This document shows positions 14,413 through 27,000 of a DNA stretch of 64,000 nucleotides, one piece after another (the first letter of the stretch is position 1; every line of letters starts with the position of its first letter). The translations under genes and the position numbers were made by a program. The stretch spans positions 496,001-560,000 of the forward strand of contig LSRY02000022.1 of assembly GCA_001643675.2 (NCBI GenBank), written 5' to 3'. The stretch is from Monocercomonoides exilis PA203 (lineage: Eukaryota > Protista > Preaxostyla). The notes beneath the pieces are model-generated. The model did no database searches. It saw only the letters and a program-made list of their open reading frames with translations, and was not told where the DNA came from.

Positions 14413-14718
14413 TTAATCGAGTTCAAAATATTTTGCCTTCTTCTTTTCTGCTTTCCTGACCTCCCTCTCCTTCGAGAATCCAGGCAATCTTGATCTGAAG
14501 ATCACAAAATTTTCTGGCAGATAGTAGAATTCGCTCACCGGACTCACAAAGTTTGCTGCTCTGGGCGCATCAAGCTTCGCCTCTTCAAATACCTCCTCTT
14601 CAAGTGACATACACTGCGTCTGCTCCACAATCACAATCTCATTCGGCCGGATGATCTTCTCCTTCTCCAGTGCATCTGCCACACACGATGTCAATTTGAA
14701 CATATCCAAAGTTGACAT
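14413..14718 (-). pseudogene. Gene fragment, unknown product
   Basis: 101-aa globular-looking ORF in a GC-richer patch; upstream sequence is coding-like but frameshifted. Confidence 0.4.
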
Positions 14719-15221
14719 GTTAAGCCCTTGGATGAAACCATTGCCTCCTCTTTCTCCACTGCTAACACCACACTAATCTGAATCAGCAATGTGTTACATC
14801 CAAAATATGACCCCATAAAGCTGCCACACTCTCTCCCATTGTATGTGTACAGACTGTCCGGTAAGTGGAACTTGCGAGCGAATTACACAGTGGGGTTTGC
14901 ATCCGAAAAAGCGTGTCATTCGTCTCTCGCTTTTCTTCCACTAATATTCGTTAATATTCGCTTCAGAGTTTATGTTCAATGTATAGAACAGATTGCTATA
15001 CTTGCCCTGTGCTGCATACGAAATGAACAGCAAGTATTTGACGTTAACGAGTTGAATCACAATAAAATACTCATAAAAAAAAGAATCGCTTTTAGATAAA
15101 TTTCTGAATGTGGATTTTTTATTATTTCATTTTCTTTCATATTCCATTCGCGGGCTGACACATTTTTGATGTAAATTATCGCACTGATTGCTATTATTGT
15201 CGCTTTTATAATTGTTATAAA

Positions 15222-15857
15222 ATGTGAATATGGTTCAAAATCATAAATAGGATTGTTCTTTCATCGGAAAAATATTAAATAAAAAATAAATATATATATT
15301 TTTATTACGCAATAAAATACAAAAACCAACAAAAAATTAACATTTCATGAAAATTTGTCGAACTGAACATCTCGATCACAAAAGTGGTCACTAATTTTTC
15401 TTCAGATTTTGCATCAAACTGACATAAAAAGATGTGGGGAAGCGGGTTGTGTGGAAATCTGAGAAAAAATTAGTGACCACTTTTGTGATCGCCAGTCATT
15501 TCGAAAAACACTTTTATTAAGGTTCTCATCAGATTTGATCCGTTGAACGGTCTGAACTATTATAAAACTGAAAATTAGAATGACTGGCGATCACAAAAGT
15601 GGTCACTAATTTTTTCTCAGATTTCCACACAACCCGCTTCCCCACATCTTTTTATGTCAGTTTGATGCAAAATCTGAAGAAAAATTAGTGACCACTTTTG
15701 TGATCGAGATGTTCAGTTCGACAAATTTTCATGAAATGTTAATTTTTTGTTGGTTTTTGTATTTTATTGCGTAATAAAAATATATATATTTATTTTTTAT
15801 TTAATATTTTTCCGATGAAAGAACAATCCTATTTATGATTTTGAACCATATTCACAT
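15222..15857. repeat. Perfect palindrome: 279-bp arms (15222-15500 / 15579-15857), 78-bp spacer, nested inverted repeat in each arm
   Basis: Arms read as exact reverse complements; each contains CGATCACAAAAGTGGTCACTAATTTTT...AAAAATTAGTGACCACTTTTGTGATCG (15373-15491). Confidence 0.95.
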
Positions 15858-17899
15858 AATTCATTTCAACAGAAAAATGTTTTGAAAAATATAACGTGCT
15901 TGAGAAATATCTGATGAAGACTCATAAAAATGCTAAAAGCCCACCAGCGCGACAAGAAATAGAAACAATTCACCTTTAAGAAATGTATCTGAAACTGCAT
16001 CTTCTTCATCGAATTTTTATTTTATTTATTCGTTATCATTCTTATATCGTTTATAATTTGTTTTTATGTTTTAAATACTTTTTTGAAGTCCACACATTTT
16101 CCAATTTTTATTTCTTTTTCATATTTAGATAATATAAACATTTCATCACTTTTTGTTATTTGTTAAATAATCAATTCATCTGAAAATTAAACATTATCTA
16201 TCATGGTTTTGAAACAATACAAGCAATTTATTAGAATACAACAGACACTGTTGAAAGAGAAAAAGAATAAACATAAGTTACGGTGAAAGATGAAAAAAAC
16301 ATTTTACAGAAAAACTAAGATGCTTGGAGAAAGCACTGTTTAATTGAGAATAGCTTCATTTTTGTTGAATGAAGAAGAAGAAGATGATGATAATGATGAG
16401 ATGAAAGAGAAATGTGCAATCAGTTTAATGATATTTCTGAAGAAGATGATGAGAAAGCTTCATGTGATGTTGTCATTGAGATAAAATATTGTATTTGATA
16501 AGTGAACTTCATATTGGAAAAAAAACATAATCACAAAAAATTCAACAAACAGATTGATGCATACCAATTGAATTGGATATCCACTGTTCATTGACTGCTC
16601 TTGAGTGGTCGCCTCCTCTTTCCCCTCAGAAACTGAAAATGTTGATTTCTTCAAATTCCTCTTCTTCATCTTCTTGCAATCACCTCTATCAGAGTTCAGT
16701 CATTCTCTCCCTTCCCTCATCCTCTCATCATATTTTCTCTTCCAATCCACATCCTTTCCCACCTCTCCCACTTCTTTTAAATCTTCTCTCCCAAAACCCA
16801 GATCATTCACTCTCACTTCCTCCATCTCTCTGCACTTCATCAATCTCTTCATAAATTTCTCCAAAACTCATCCATTCGCAAGTCCCCTCAAATTGTGTTG
16901 CTTTTGATCGCACTTGATGATTTTTTCTTCTTCCTTCAAATATCACTCGTTGTCTGTCTCTTATTCAATATAAATACATTTCAAAAAAAAAATAAAAAAT
17001 TGAAAAAAAAAAATAAGACACACTTGAACGTTGTGTGAAAATGACTCAAGCCGAGCAAACTCATTTCAACTTCTTTTTGAGTCTCCTCCCTTACCTTCTT
17101 TCTCCAACACACCTTTCAGCAGGCAAGCCACACAAATCAACAGCAATTCCACTGAAAGGCCTTCATTCAGAATTACGTTCCATTGCAAACATTCCCACAG
17201 GAGCATTTCATCCTTTTATTTTTCGTTTTTCTTCTCTTCATCAGAATTCTTTTTCTTGCATCTTTTCCTCAGTGAAGAACGAAAATAAAAAGTCATCATC
17301 CTTCAAAGCCTTTGGCTCTTCAAAGCATCCCCCCAAAAGCTCCAATACCAAAATCCCAACCCAAACCCCAATCCCTTTTCATCCACATTTTTCTCGATAA
17401 TCTTTTCAACAACCCACTCCACAAATAGCGCCCGTCTCTTTAAATCTCACATCTTCCCGTTTTCCATCCATTTCTTCGCTTTTCTCTTTTTGCTCCAGGT
17501 CCCTCAAATTGTTCAATCTCCCAAGCCCCTTTCAAAAGTCAATAAAAATTTTATTTATTTCATAATAATAAAAAAAGAACAGATAAAATCGCATAAGCAG
17601 TGATTCAGTAATGCCCTGTGCACAACATAAAACATATGCTGCTGGTCCTGTGCATTCGGAAAAATCAAGGTGAAGCAATATATTGATTCATTTTCTGAAT
17701 GTTGGAGGAACATCTACTTCAAAAGAGTCACAAATATCGATTAAAATACCTGAAGATGCACATTCATAAACTTTTTCCTCTGCATCATTTTCATTCTTTT
17801 TCCTCAAAACAGGCAAGACGAAGGGCAACAAAACATTCATTTATTGTTTGGTTATTTAATAAGGGTCTGCAACCAATAATTTTATTAATGAAGATTTTA

Positions 17900-18930
17900 G
17901 AAAAATAATTTGCTGCAGCCAGAGCATGTTTGAGCTGCTTTGATGCACGACCAAGGATACATCCATGCGAATTATAGCACTGCAGAAGAATAGGAATTTC
18001 GCCTGCTGATGGAGGAGTGATTGGCTGTTTTCCAATATTGTTTGCGAAAAGTGAATTGGTGGAGAAAACCAGCATGAAATTTGAACTTAGCAATATATAG
18101 CAAAATATATGATACAACATCAACTGCGATTTTTTGAATGAAAAATAACTCAAACAAGATGCAGAAAAAGCGAGGAGAATATCAGAAAGATTGAATTGAA
18201 CCTCTTGTTCATTTCGAGGGAAATGTATTTCACTTGGCATAACTATTGTGCAGGACTTATTTTGCATGGGCTTATTGAGGGGAAGATTTTCTTTGTGGAA
18301 AAGGAAAGGGAATTGAAGGGTTGGACAATGGAGGAAGCGAGTTGAACGAAGCACTCAGCAGGCCTTAACAACAAACGCATTGCCATTTACGTGAAACCCT
18401 TTGAAAAACTATCAACAAAGACATGGCGTTGAAGAAGTCATTGAAAAGGAGCTCATTGCTTTATCATTTGGATAATATAATCATTCACTTGCATCATTGC
18501 CTGCTTCATAAAGGATTCTTAGAACAAGATAGCCAGCTGGGCTGATTATCACCAATCCATTGGAAACGGGAAAATATTTCAAGCCCAAAAAGATGGTTTG
18601 ACTTTTTTTATTTTGTTCATTTTTCTTTTAAGGTGTTCTTTCAATGGATGCAGATTGTCCATGAACAGAAATGCAATGAAAAGAAGCCGTTTTAATCCTT
18701 TTTCAAAAGAGCCAGAAGTTTTAAGATTATTCTTGTTTGGATTGCATTCAACGAAGTCATTCGTTTCTTACCATCTGTTTTGCATGCTGCATAGCCTGAC
18801 AATGCTTAACATGAGTTTGAAAGAAAGAGAAAAGCAGTTTATTTGGCATTTTTGTTCGGAATGTTTTGCAGTTGCGACTCTTTTATCTGGGCTGATAAGC
18901 TGGATGGTCATTCACATTCAGAACACATTC
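17900..18930 (+). repeat. Dispersed ~1-kb degenerate repeat/pseudogene; inverted homologue at ~56380-57460
   Basis: Shared blocks such as tgaatgaaaaataactcaaacaagatgcagaaaaagcgaggagaatat and ttggacaatggaggaagcgagttgaacgaagcactcag. Confidence 0.8.
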
Positions 18931-19979
18931 AGTTTTTTCTATCGCCCAACGTGACTTGAAAAACCTGACATCTTCTATTTTTTTTCACCTTCGCTATCAT
19001 TCCCAACAGTCTCGCTTCAATAAATGATGTTCATTGCCAGAATCGACACATCAATCACATAATCAAAAAATTCGTCATTTTCTTCTCCTTGCCTTTGAAA
19101 GTTTTGCAATTGAAGATAACTTCTTCAATCGTCAATGCCTTATTCAACTTCGAATACTTCTCTGCCAATATCCTCATTATGCATTAAGTTCGTTTGAATT
19201 ATAAACATCACTGGACAAACACAATTATCCTTTTTCTGATTGAAAAGCAGTTCAACCACACAAAGGCAGTCGATGATTTGTGGACTGATTTCTTCATCTG
19301 TTTGTATCTCTCTCTCTTTCACATATTTTGTGATGAAGATTGTTTATATCATCTGAAATCAACTCAGCGAATGAATTATTTTTATCAATTGATATTCCTC
19401 AAGTCATTATCAACATCTTTAAAAAAGGATTAAATTCATTTCACAATTCTCAATTGCTCCACCTTCATAGCTTTCATAATCTTCTGCTTTCTCTTCTATC
19501 TCTTCTTCCTATTCTTCACTTTCTTCATTTTCTTCCTCTTCTTCCTCTTCTTCATTTTCTTCCTTTTCTTCCTCTTCTTCCTCTTCTTCCTCTTCTATTT
19601 CATCTTCTTTGTGTGCATGCACATCACATAACACCACTTTTTCATTATCATCTCTCACTTCATTTGATTGGATTTCTTCTTTTTTTTCCTCATCCTTATA
19701 TGGGATGATTACAGAAAGAAAGAAGAAGGGTATTTCTGAAGAAACAAAAACAGTTGAAAATGAGAAGAAGATTGAAAAGTCAATGAAGAGAATAAAGATA
19801 AAGAGATAGAAGAATTCGTTAAGACAGGATATGACGAATGGAAATCTGTATGCGGAAATTGCTGAGATTTTAAAAAATGAGGAAGTTGAATGGAAATGGG
19901 GAGAAGTTGGAGGAGAAGAAGATGATGAACCAGAACAGGAAACAATGTGGCAGGAAGGAATACGTTGAATATCTGAATC

Positions 19980-21965
19980 ATTCTATCTGTTGCTTCTTTT
20001 TCATGAGCGTTATGGAGCACAGATACGAAGAATGTGGAAGTGCGCTGAGATATGATACCGTTGAGGGAACGTTCGCGGTTGAGAAGCCACGAGGAGGTGC
20101 GGGAGGGCATGCCATCACCTCTCCAGGGAAAGGCAATAATGAGAGAACAGCGAGAAGGAGGTGAAGTTTTAGCAAGCGGATTAATTATTTGGGAAGACGG
20201 GGCTATTAGTGAACTTACAGCAGTTGATGAACGCACCACTTGTTGCTATGGAGACTATGTTCGGCTGTTTTTCTTATGTAATGAATCAGAAAGGCTCTTC
20301 ATTCACAGACACTTTCTACTGAATCAGATGCAGTGCCCAATGGATCCTTGTGGCGGCTGCAGAGCGAATCCATTTATTGAGCATGTCTCGAGTACAGCTA
20401 AAGATCAATGGATAAACTCGACTGCGCTCCCAAAGGATGTAGAAGTTCCGTTTTGGAGAATGGTGCAGTTTGAGATACACTGGAGCCATGCTGCTGTTTC
20501 AGTCGTATATGTTGCTGATAAGGTTTCCAATCAAGATGGTAGTTAAGACGGAGTGCATCAAGCTGAAGGGACTTTGTGATATTTTTATTCCAAAAAGATA
20601 AATAAGAACAATTATACCGCTTTCAATTGCGATATACGTTGAGATAAGATGCTGTGCTGAACTATTGGATTCACCATCAAAAGCGAATTCGATTGAGGCA
20701 GCATTTTGTGTAGAGATGTTGATGTTGGAGAGAAAGACGCAGGAATTGGGAAGAGCACGAAGATCTGATTGGAAGAGGCTCAGATATCCTCTTCAAGCAC
20801 AAAGAAGTATGTGGTTGAGGTGAAGATGCTTGTCGGAAGGAGAAAGGAGAGAGGAGGACACAGCAAGAGATACGAGAAGGAAGGAGAAGAGGGAAGAGTG
20901 AGCGAAGGAGGATGAATAATGGGAAAAGATGTGATAGCAAATGAGAATGCAGCTTGTGATATATAACATCAGCAAGTTGACGAAGGCGAAATGAGCAGGA
21001 ACAAGACTTTCAGAGACAGATATGATTCAAATGTTGGAAATACAAAATTAACTTTTGATATGGAGGACATCTGCGGAGGTGGGGTACAGGTGGCAAGCGG
21101 GGAGCCGCAATGGTGCGCAGAGGAGCCGGTGCCTTGATTGACAAATATCTGGTGGGTGCGGTAGAATGTGATGAAGGTGACTTTGTTGAAGTCGAGATCG
21201 GGGTTGGGGTCTGTGTGGGAAAAGTCAAACTCGCAGATTGACGTGTTTCAAGCGAAAGAATGCTGAGCGAAGCCGAAGGAAAAGAGGGACTCGTTGATTT
21301 GGGCGGGGATGGAGGAGCATCGGAGAAAGAGGTCCTTTCCCATGAATACATGATTCAAGACGAAGCAGAAGTTGAGGATGCCTTCGGACAAGTGCAGCTA
21401 CGACTTCTAGCCGTTGAGGGACACCATTGCAACTCTGCCCTCGGAAGACTCTTCGCTTTCATAACTGGTGAACACATAAACCTCAGAAGCGCAGTCAAAG
21501 GCACATCACCTTTCCAAATTAACACAAGAGCTGCTCATTTGGATGAGCGCACAATATTAATATTATTGGAGGAGTGAAAAACAATTATTGTTCTTAGGTC
21601 TGGGGCAGCCAAGCCAGATAGAGAAGCGGAGCCATCTAGAGCAGATGGGCAGATAGCCACGAGGGAATTGCTAGGGAGCCAAGATGTAGAGACTGAGAGG
21701 AATTAAAGTTTTGATGAAGTGGATGCAGAAACGGATATGATAATGATGAAGAGGCGAGGGAGTAGTTTTCGAGAGACGTACGCTCTTCTGCTACATCAAC
21801 CATTGCATTCGCTAAGCTTTTTTGTTAAGCCCGTATGGAAAAGGAGCGTCGCGACAAAAGGAGAGGAGCATCGGGTGTGGATATCTGGATGAAGGATAAG
21901 AGACGAGGAAGAAATATGGAGAATCAACGGAGAAACTAAAGGAGGAAAATAAAATGAAGACATTC
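19980..21965 (-). pseudogene. Decayed member of the large surface-protein family (CG-x4-5-PC repeats)
   Basis: Minus frame near 21090-21230 reads FITFYRTHQIFVNQGTGSSAHHCGSPLATC, matching FIVFYKSERIFVSG..DCGRKEDPC at ~44700; many stops and frameshifts. Confidence 0.6.
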
Positions 21966-22557
21966 ATGTGTTAGAAGCTTTTTAAGTGCTAAAAACAAAA
22001 ATTTACATATTTTCATTCAATTTTTATAATTTTCTTTATAATTTTTCTATATCTTTGTTTGATCAAATAATAAGAATAACTAATTTAAAGAATTTTTTGT
22101 TTCCAAACTAAAATAAACAACAAACCGTTGTATATCTGATAAATATCTTTTTCAACTATTGAATTTTTCGATGTTGATTTTTGTAAATTGTTCATTTTCA
22201 ATAAATGTTTTAAGATCTTCAATATCAATTAGAAATTTTCTTTGCAATAACATCATAAAACTAATTTTTTTATAAGAAATTGATAAAGAGCATAATGTTA
22301 TAATTATTATTTGTTTTACAAACCAGTGAACTTTTGTTTTTTTCTGTTTTACATATTTTCGAGATTTTTTGAAAAATTTTTAATGTTTTTTTCAAAATTT
22401 GTTATAAAAACAATTTAAATAAATTTAAAATCAACAAATAATTAATAATAATAATATATTTATCTATATTTTCATGCAATTTCAAATTAAATTAATCTTT
22501 TCAACCTCACCCTTTATGAAAATTTTTTATGATCAAACTTCGTAATTTTTTATGATA

Positions 22558-23884
22558 CAGTCTGTCCCAAAAAAATGTTGATCTGTCCTTTTTTAATGTC
22601 GATCATACCATCAACAATATTTGAAATGCTACCCAATATTGAAAATCGTTATTATTTCTGTGAGGATTTTTGTGATGAATTTTTCCTTTGAAGAGTTGTT
22701 CGTGTTTATAACTTGCTCAGAAATTAATTAGAATTAATATGCCACCTGATATGGTTAGTTTTGTGTTCTCTTTAACTAATAATTTTGTTATTAATTAAGT
22801 TTTTTCAATTTTTATCGAATAATGCAGTATGAGACAAATTAAAAATAAAAAAGTCAACAAGGAGTTTATGGATATGAGATTTATTTCGAAACGAAGACTA
22901 ATATTCTGCAAAAAATAAAAATAGGAAACTGAAATTTCTTGCAACTCTGCGAGCGATATTTTCATTAATAGCAACATTTTTTATTCTTTTTTCAAATATT
23001 TGACGATTAATTTTCAATTTCATCTATTTTTAAATGAATATCTGATGCAATGTAGTGAAATGTTCATTTTTGTGAGAACTTTATTTTGTTGGATCAAAGC
23101 GTTTATTGTTTTTATAGACCGTTGATTAGTTGAAATACTTTTTGTTAATATATATTCATGCTTTTTTTTATGCTTTATTCTTTGTTATTAAGTTTTTTGT
23201 TTTATGAGTTTGTTTTCATGCGATTTGCATCTTGTTAAAGAAGAATAAAACTTAAATATTGTGTTTATATATATATATATATATATATAGAATCAATACA
23301 TAAAACAATGTACAAATAACAACATGATCATATTTTTATCAAGAATTTTTATATTGTTTCGTTTTTCTCAACAAAAGCATTTGAGGTCAATTAGAAAAAT
23401 AAAATAACAAGAAATCAATTGTATTTATAGAATCTTATGCGAAAATAAGTGATTTGTTTGTTCAAAAGGATGTCAATACAAATCAAAACGATAAATAACA
23501 ATATTTACTCAGTTCATTTCAATGAACTTTCCTCAAGTCAAATAAAAACAAAAACTGCTTCAGAAACAAAATTTCCATTCAAAAAAATCGGAATTCTTCA
23601 AAATCATTCTCTTATAAGGCATCAGTCGAGTGAAATTAACAATGCTGTAAATGAAAGTTGAAAAACAATATATGAAGCAGAAGAATAGGTAATACACAAA
23701 CTATAAACACTATAAAATATGTCTACACCAAAAAAACAGCAAAAACTCAATGTTACAACCTAAAGAATGAATAAAAATTAACAGCTAAGCTCAAAAATGA
23801 AAAATATGGCACAATTAATTTTTAATTAGCATGGTATGATCGACATTAAAAAAGGACAGATCAACATTTTTTTGGGACAGACTG
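22558..23884. mobile_element. Non-autonomous Tc1/mariner-pogo element, 54-bp perfect TIRs, TA TSD
   Basis: TA|CAGTCTGTCCCAAAAAAATGTTGATCTGTCCTTTTTTAATGTCGATCATACCAT (22558-22611) and its exact reverse complement (23831-23884)|TA; no transposase ORF inside; (TA)n at ~23266-23289. Confidence 0.93.
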
Positions 23885-24024
23885 TATCAAAAAAAATCAC
23901 CCATATTAAATAAAATAAAAACAAATAAAAGTGGATTTCTTTCAAGGCTGACAAAATTTTCAAAGAAAAATAATTGATAATCAAAAAACAAAAGATAAAT
24001 TTTTTTATATGAAAAATGTTTTCA

Positions 24025-27000
24025 AAAGAAAATGAGATCAGGAAAAATGTTGATCATGACAGTAGTTGAAACTTTCTTATAATAAATGAAACGAAATAAA
24101 ACACAAACTTGATTAAAATGAAACGATAGTTGAAAGCTATATATAAAATTAAAAAAAAGCAGGTGTTGTTCTGTTTGAAAAGTCGCAAATGTTTTATTTT
24201 CACGTTCTTTGAAATTCAAAATTTATTTGATCAATACTTTTAATTAATCTATCAAATTTGACAAGAAAGTTTATTATTTCAAATTGGATATTTCATGTTG
24301 TCCATATTTGTTTGACATTTATTTTTCACAAATTTATTGTAATATCCATGAAAAAACAACAAGATTCCGAGAACAAGGAATTTTTTTTAACATTTGCGAA
24401 TTATCATATCGAATAGTGCAATTCATTTTTGCCAGATGAAATTATTATGCAATTTTCCATCGTTGTGATGTCACTGTTTGTTGAAGAATTTTGATCCTTA
24501 AAAAATTGAAAACTTCAACATAAAAGACAAATGAAAAAAAAATATATGATTTGTTTTGATTTCTTTTTTCTTTTTTTGAAAGTCGCCTTTTGATTTTTCT
24601 CACGAATTGTCAAACAAAAACTTTTTGGAAAATGAAAGGTTATCAGAAAAAGAAATACAAATTAAATTTCGATTATTATTCTCCATCTTTTTCTATTTGT
24701 TTGAAGAATTTATCTCGATTTCATATTTCAATTTTTGATTGATTCTAAGTTTCTATTCTCTTCTTTTTTTGTTTTGTGTTGTTAATCATGAAATTAAATT
24801 TGAGAAAGTTTCAAATGACTCACTTCGAAAATCTATTAAAAAAACCAACAATAATTTTTATTAATGAAGAAAGAATGAAATCAATTTTATCTGAAGTGTG
24901 AAAAGTTCAATTTGATTGATTAAAAGTATCTTTTAAAATAAGATATGATGAAATGATACACATTTTGAAAAAACAAAGAATAGAAAAATATGAGATATAC
25001 AAGAGAATAGTAATTCATAAAAACGAAGAAAACAACATCACCATTTAAAACAGGAATAAATGTAAAATCAATTTCTCATCCATTTTGGAGGTTCAGTTTC
25101 AACATTATATTTCCACACCTTTGCCATCGTCCAACCTGCTATATTTTTTTGTGAATTTGAATGCCTCATCCACATTGGTGGTTCTGTTTCAACATCTTTA
25201 ATCCAATACATAGCCATTGTCATTCCCACCATATCACTAAGTGTATTGTCATGTCTCATCCAGACTGGTGGCTCAGTTTTGTTTTCAGATATCCATCGCA
25301 TGGCATCTGTTTTTCCTTCTTTATCTCCAAGTGTATTGTCATATTTCATCCATTCTGGTGGTTCTTCATTGACATTTTTAATCCATATCCTGGTCAATGT
25401 ATTTCCTTCTTTATCCGCAAGCGAGGCACTGTGCCTCATCCATTCAGGTGGCTCTGTCTCCACTTCTTCAATCCAGTGCATCGCCATCGTCTTTCCATCT
25501 TTGTCACAAAGAGTGTTTCTGTGTCTCATCCACCTTGGCGGCTCTTCATTTTCCTCGATGATATAATTCATAGCTTCTGTTCTTCCATCTTTATCGCACA
25601 GCGAATAGTCGAAACTCAACCAACTTGGAGGTTCGCCCTTCGCAAACATTTTCCAGTAATCGATCATCATTCTTCCATCTTTATCAGGAAATGTTGCTTC
25701 ATGCCTCATCCATTCTGGTGGCTCGGTATTAACATTTGCAATCCAGTGCATTGCCATTGTTTTCCCATCTTTATCTCCAAGCATGATGTCGTGCCTCATC
25801 CATTCCGGTGGCTCGGTATTAACATTGGCAATCCAGTGCATGGCCATCGTCATACCTTCCTTATCAGCAAGAGTAATTCCGTGTCTCATCCATTCTGGAG
25901 GTTCTGTTTTAACCGTATCAATCCACCACATGGACATTGTAGATCCAAAAATGTTGTCTGACAGTGTTACGCCATGTCTCATCCATTCTGGAGGTTCTGT
26001 TTTGATTTCATCAATCCAGTGCATGGCCAGTGTGTTCCCTAACTTGTCTGACAGTGTCACGCCATGTCTCATCCATTCCGGTGGGTCTGTTTTTATTTCA
26101 TCAATCCACAACATGGCCATTGTGCATCCCATAATGTCAATTTGTGTAATGCTATGTCGCATCCATTCAGGTGGGTCTGAATTAACATAAATTATCCACC
26201 ACATTGCCATTGTCCATCCATAGACATTTGCCAAAGAATTGCTATGTCTCATCCATTTCGGAGGTTCTGTCTTAACTTCTTTAATCCACCACATGGCCAT
26301 TGTATCTCCTTCGCTGTCAGTAATTGTTGCATCATGTCTCAATTCTTTTGGTGGTTCAGTTTCTTTATCTATAATCCATTTCATTGCTTCTGTTTTATCT
26401 TTTGCATCTTTTATAAAACGCTCTCCTAAATAAATGTTCCCCATTTTTCTTTCACTTCAGTCTGAAAGAAACAAAACAAAAACTCGGAGCAATGTTTTTG
26501 AAATTATTCAATCGATCTGTGAAGAACAAAGAATATATTTTGGGCGCTAACGAAGTTTTTTGAAAATAAGGGTTCCTCAATCGATTTTCAATGTTAAAGA
26601 TAACGTTTTCTTAATTATTAAATGTTTTTCTACATCTTCTTTGATAATTATCTAATTTATATTCAACCATGAATAATTTTGTTTTATTGAAAGATTTTGA
26701 TTTATCCGAAACATAACACAGTTTTTGTGTTGAAATTCAACCAATTTGTTGCTCGAATTTCCAATGTTCAGCATACCACACATCTTGAAAATAAATTATT
26801 AATTATATCGAAACACTTATCCATTTGCTGATATTGTTGAGTGATTGTCTCAACTCTGAGTTGCATGGATGAATTGCGTTGATTGACCGGATAACGATAT
26901 ATCAGCAAGAATTTTCACACTTTCAGAGATGTCATTTTTCGAATTGGATGACACAGGAACAGTTGGATTTCCATTTTTGATAAAAATCGATTTGACGTGT

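Noticed and set aside
25068-26444. CRISPR-like array suggested by the 90-bp periodicity
   Set aside because: The units are in-frame coding repeats with synonymous variation; there are no spacers or cas genes.
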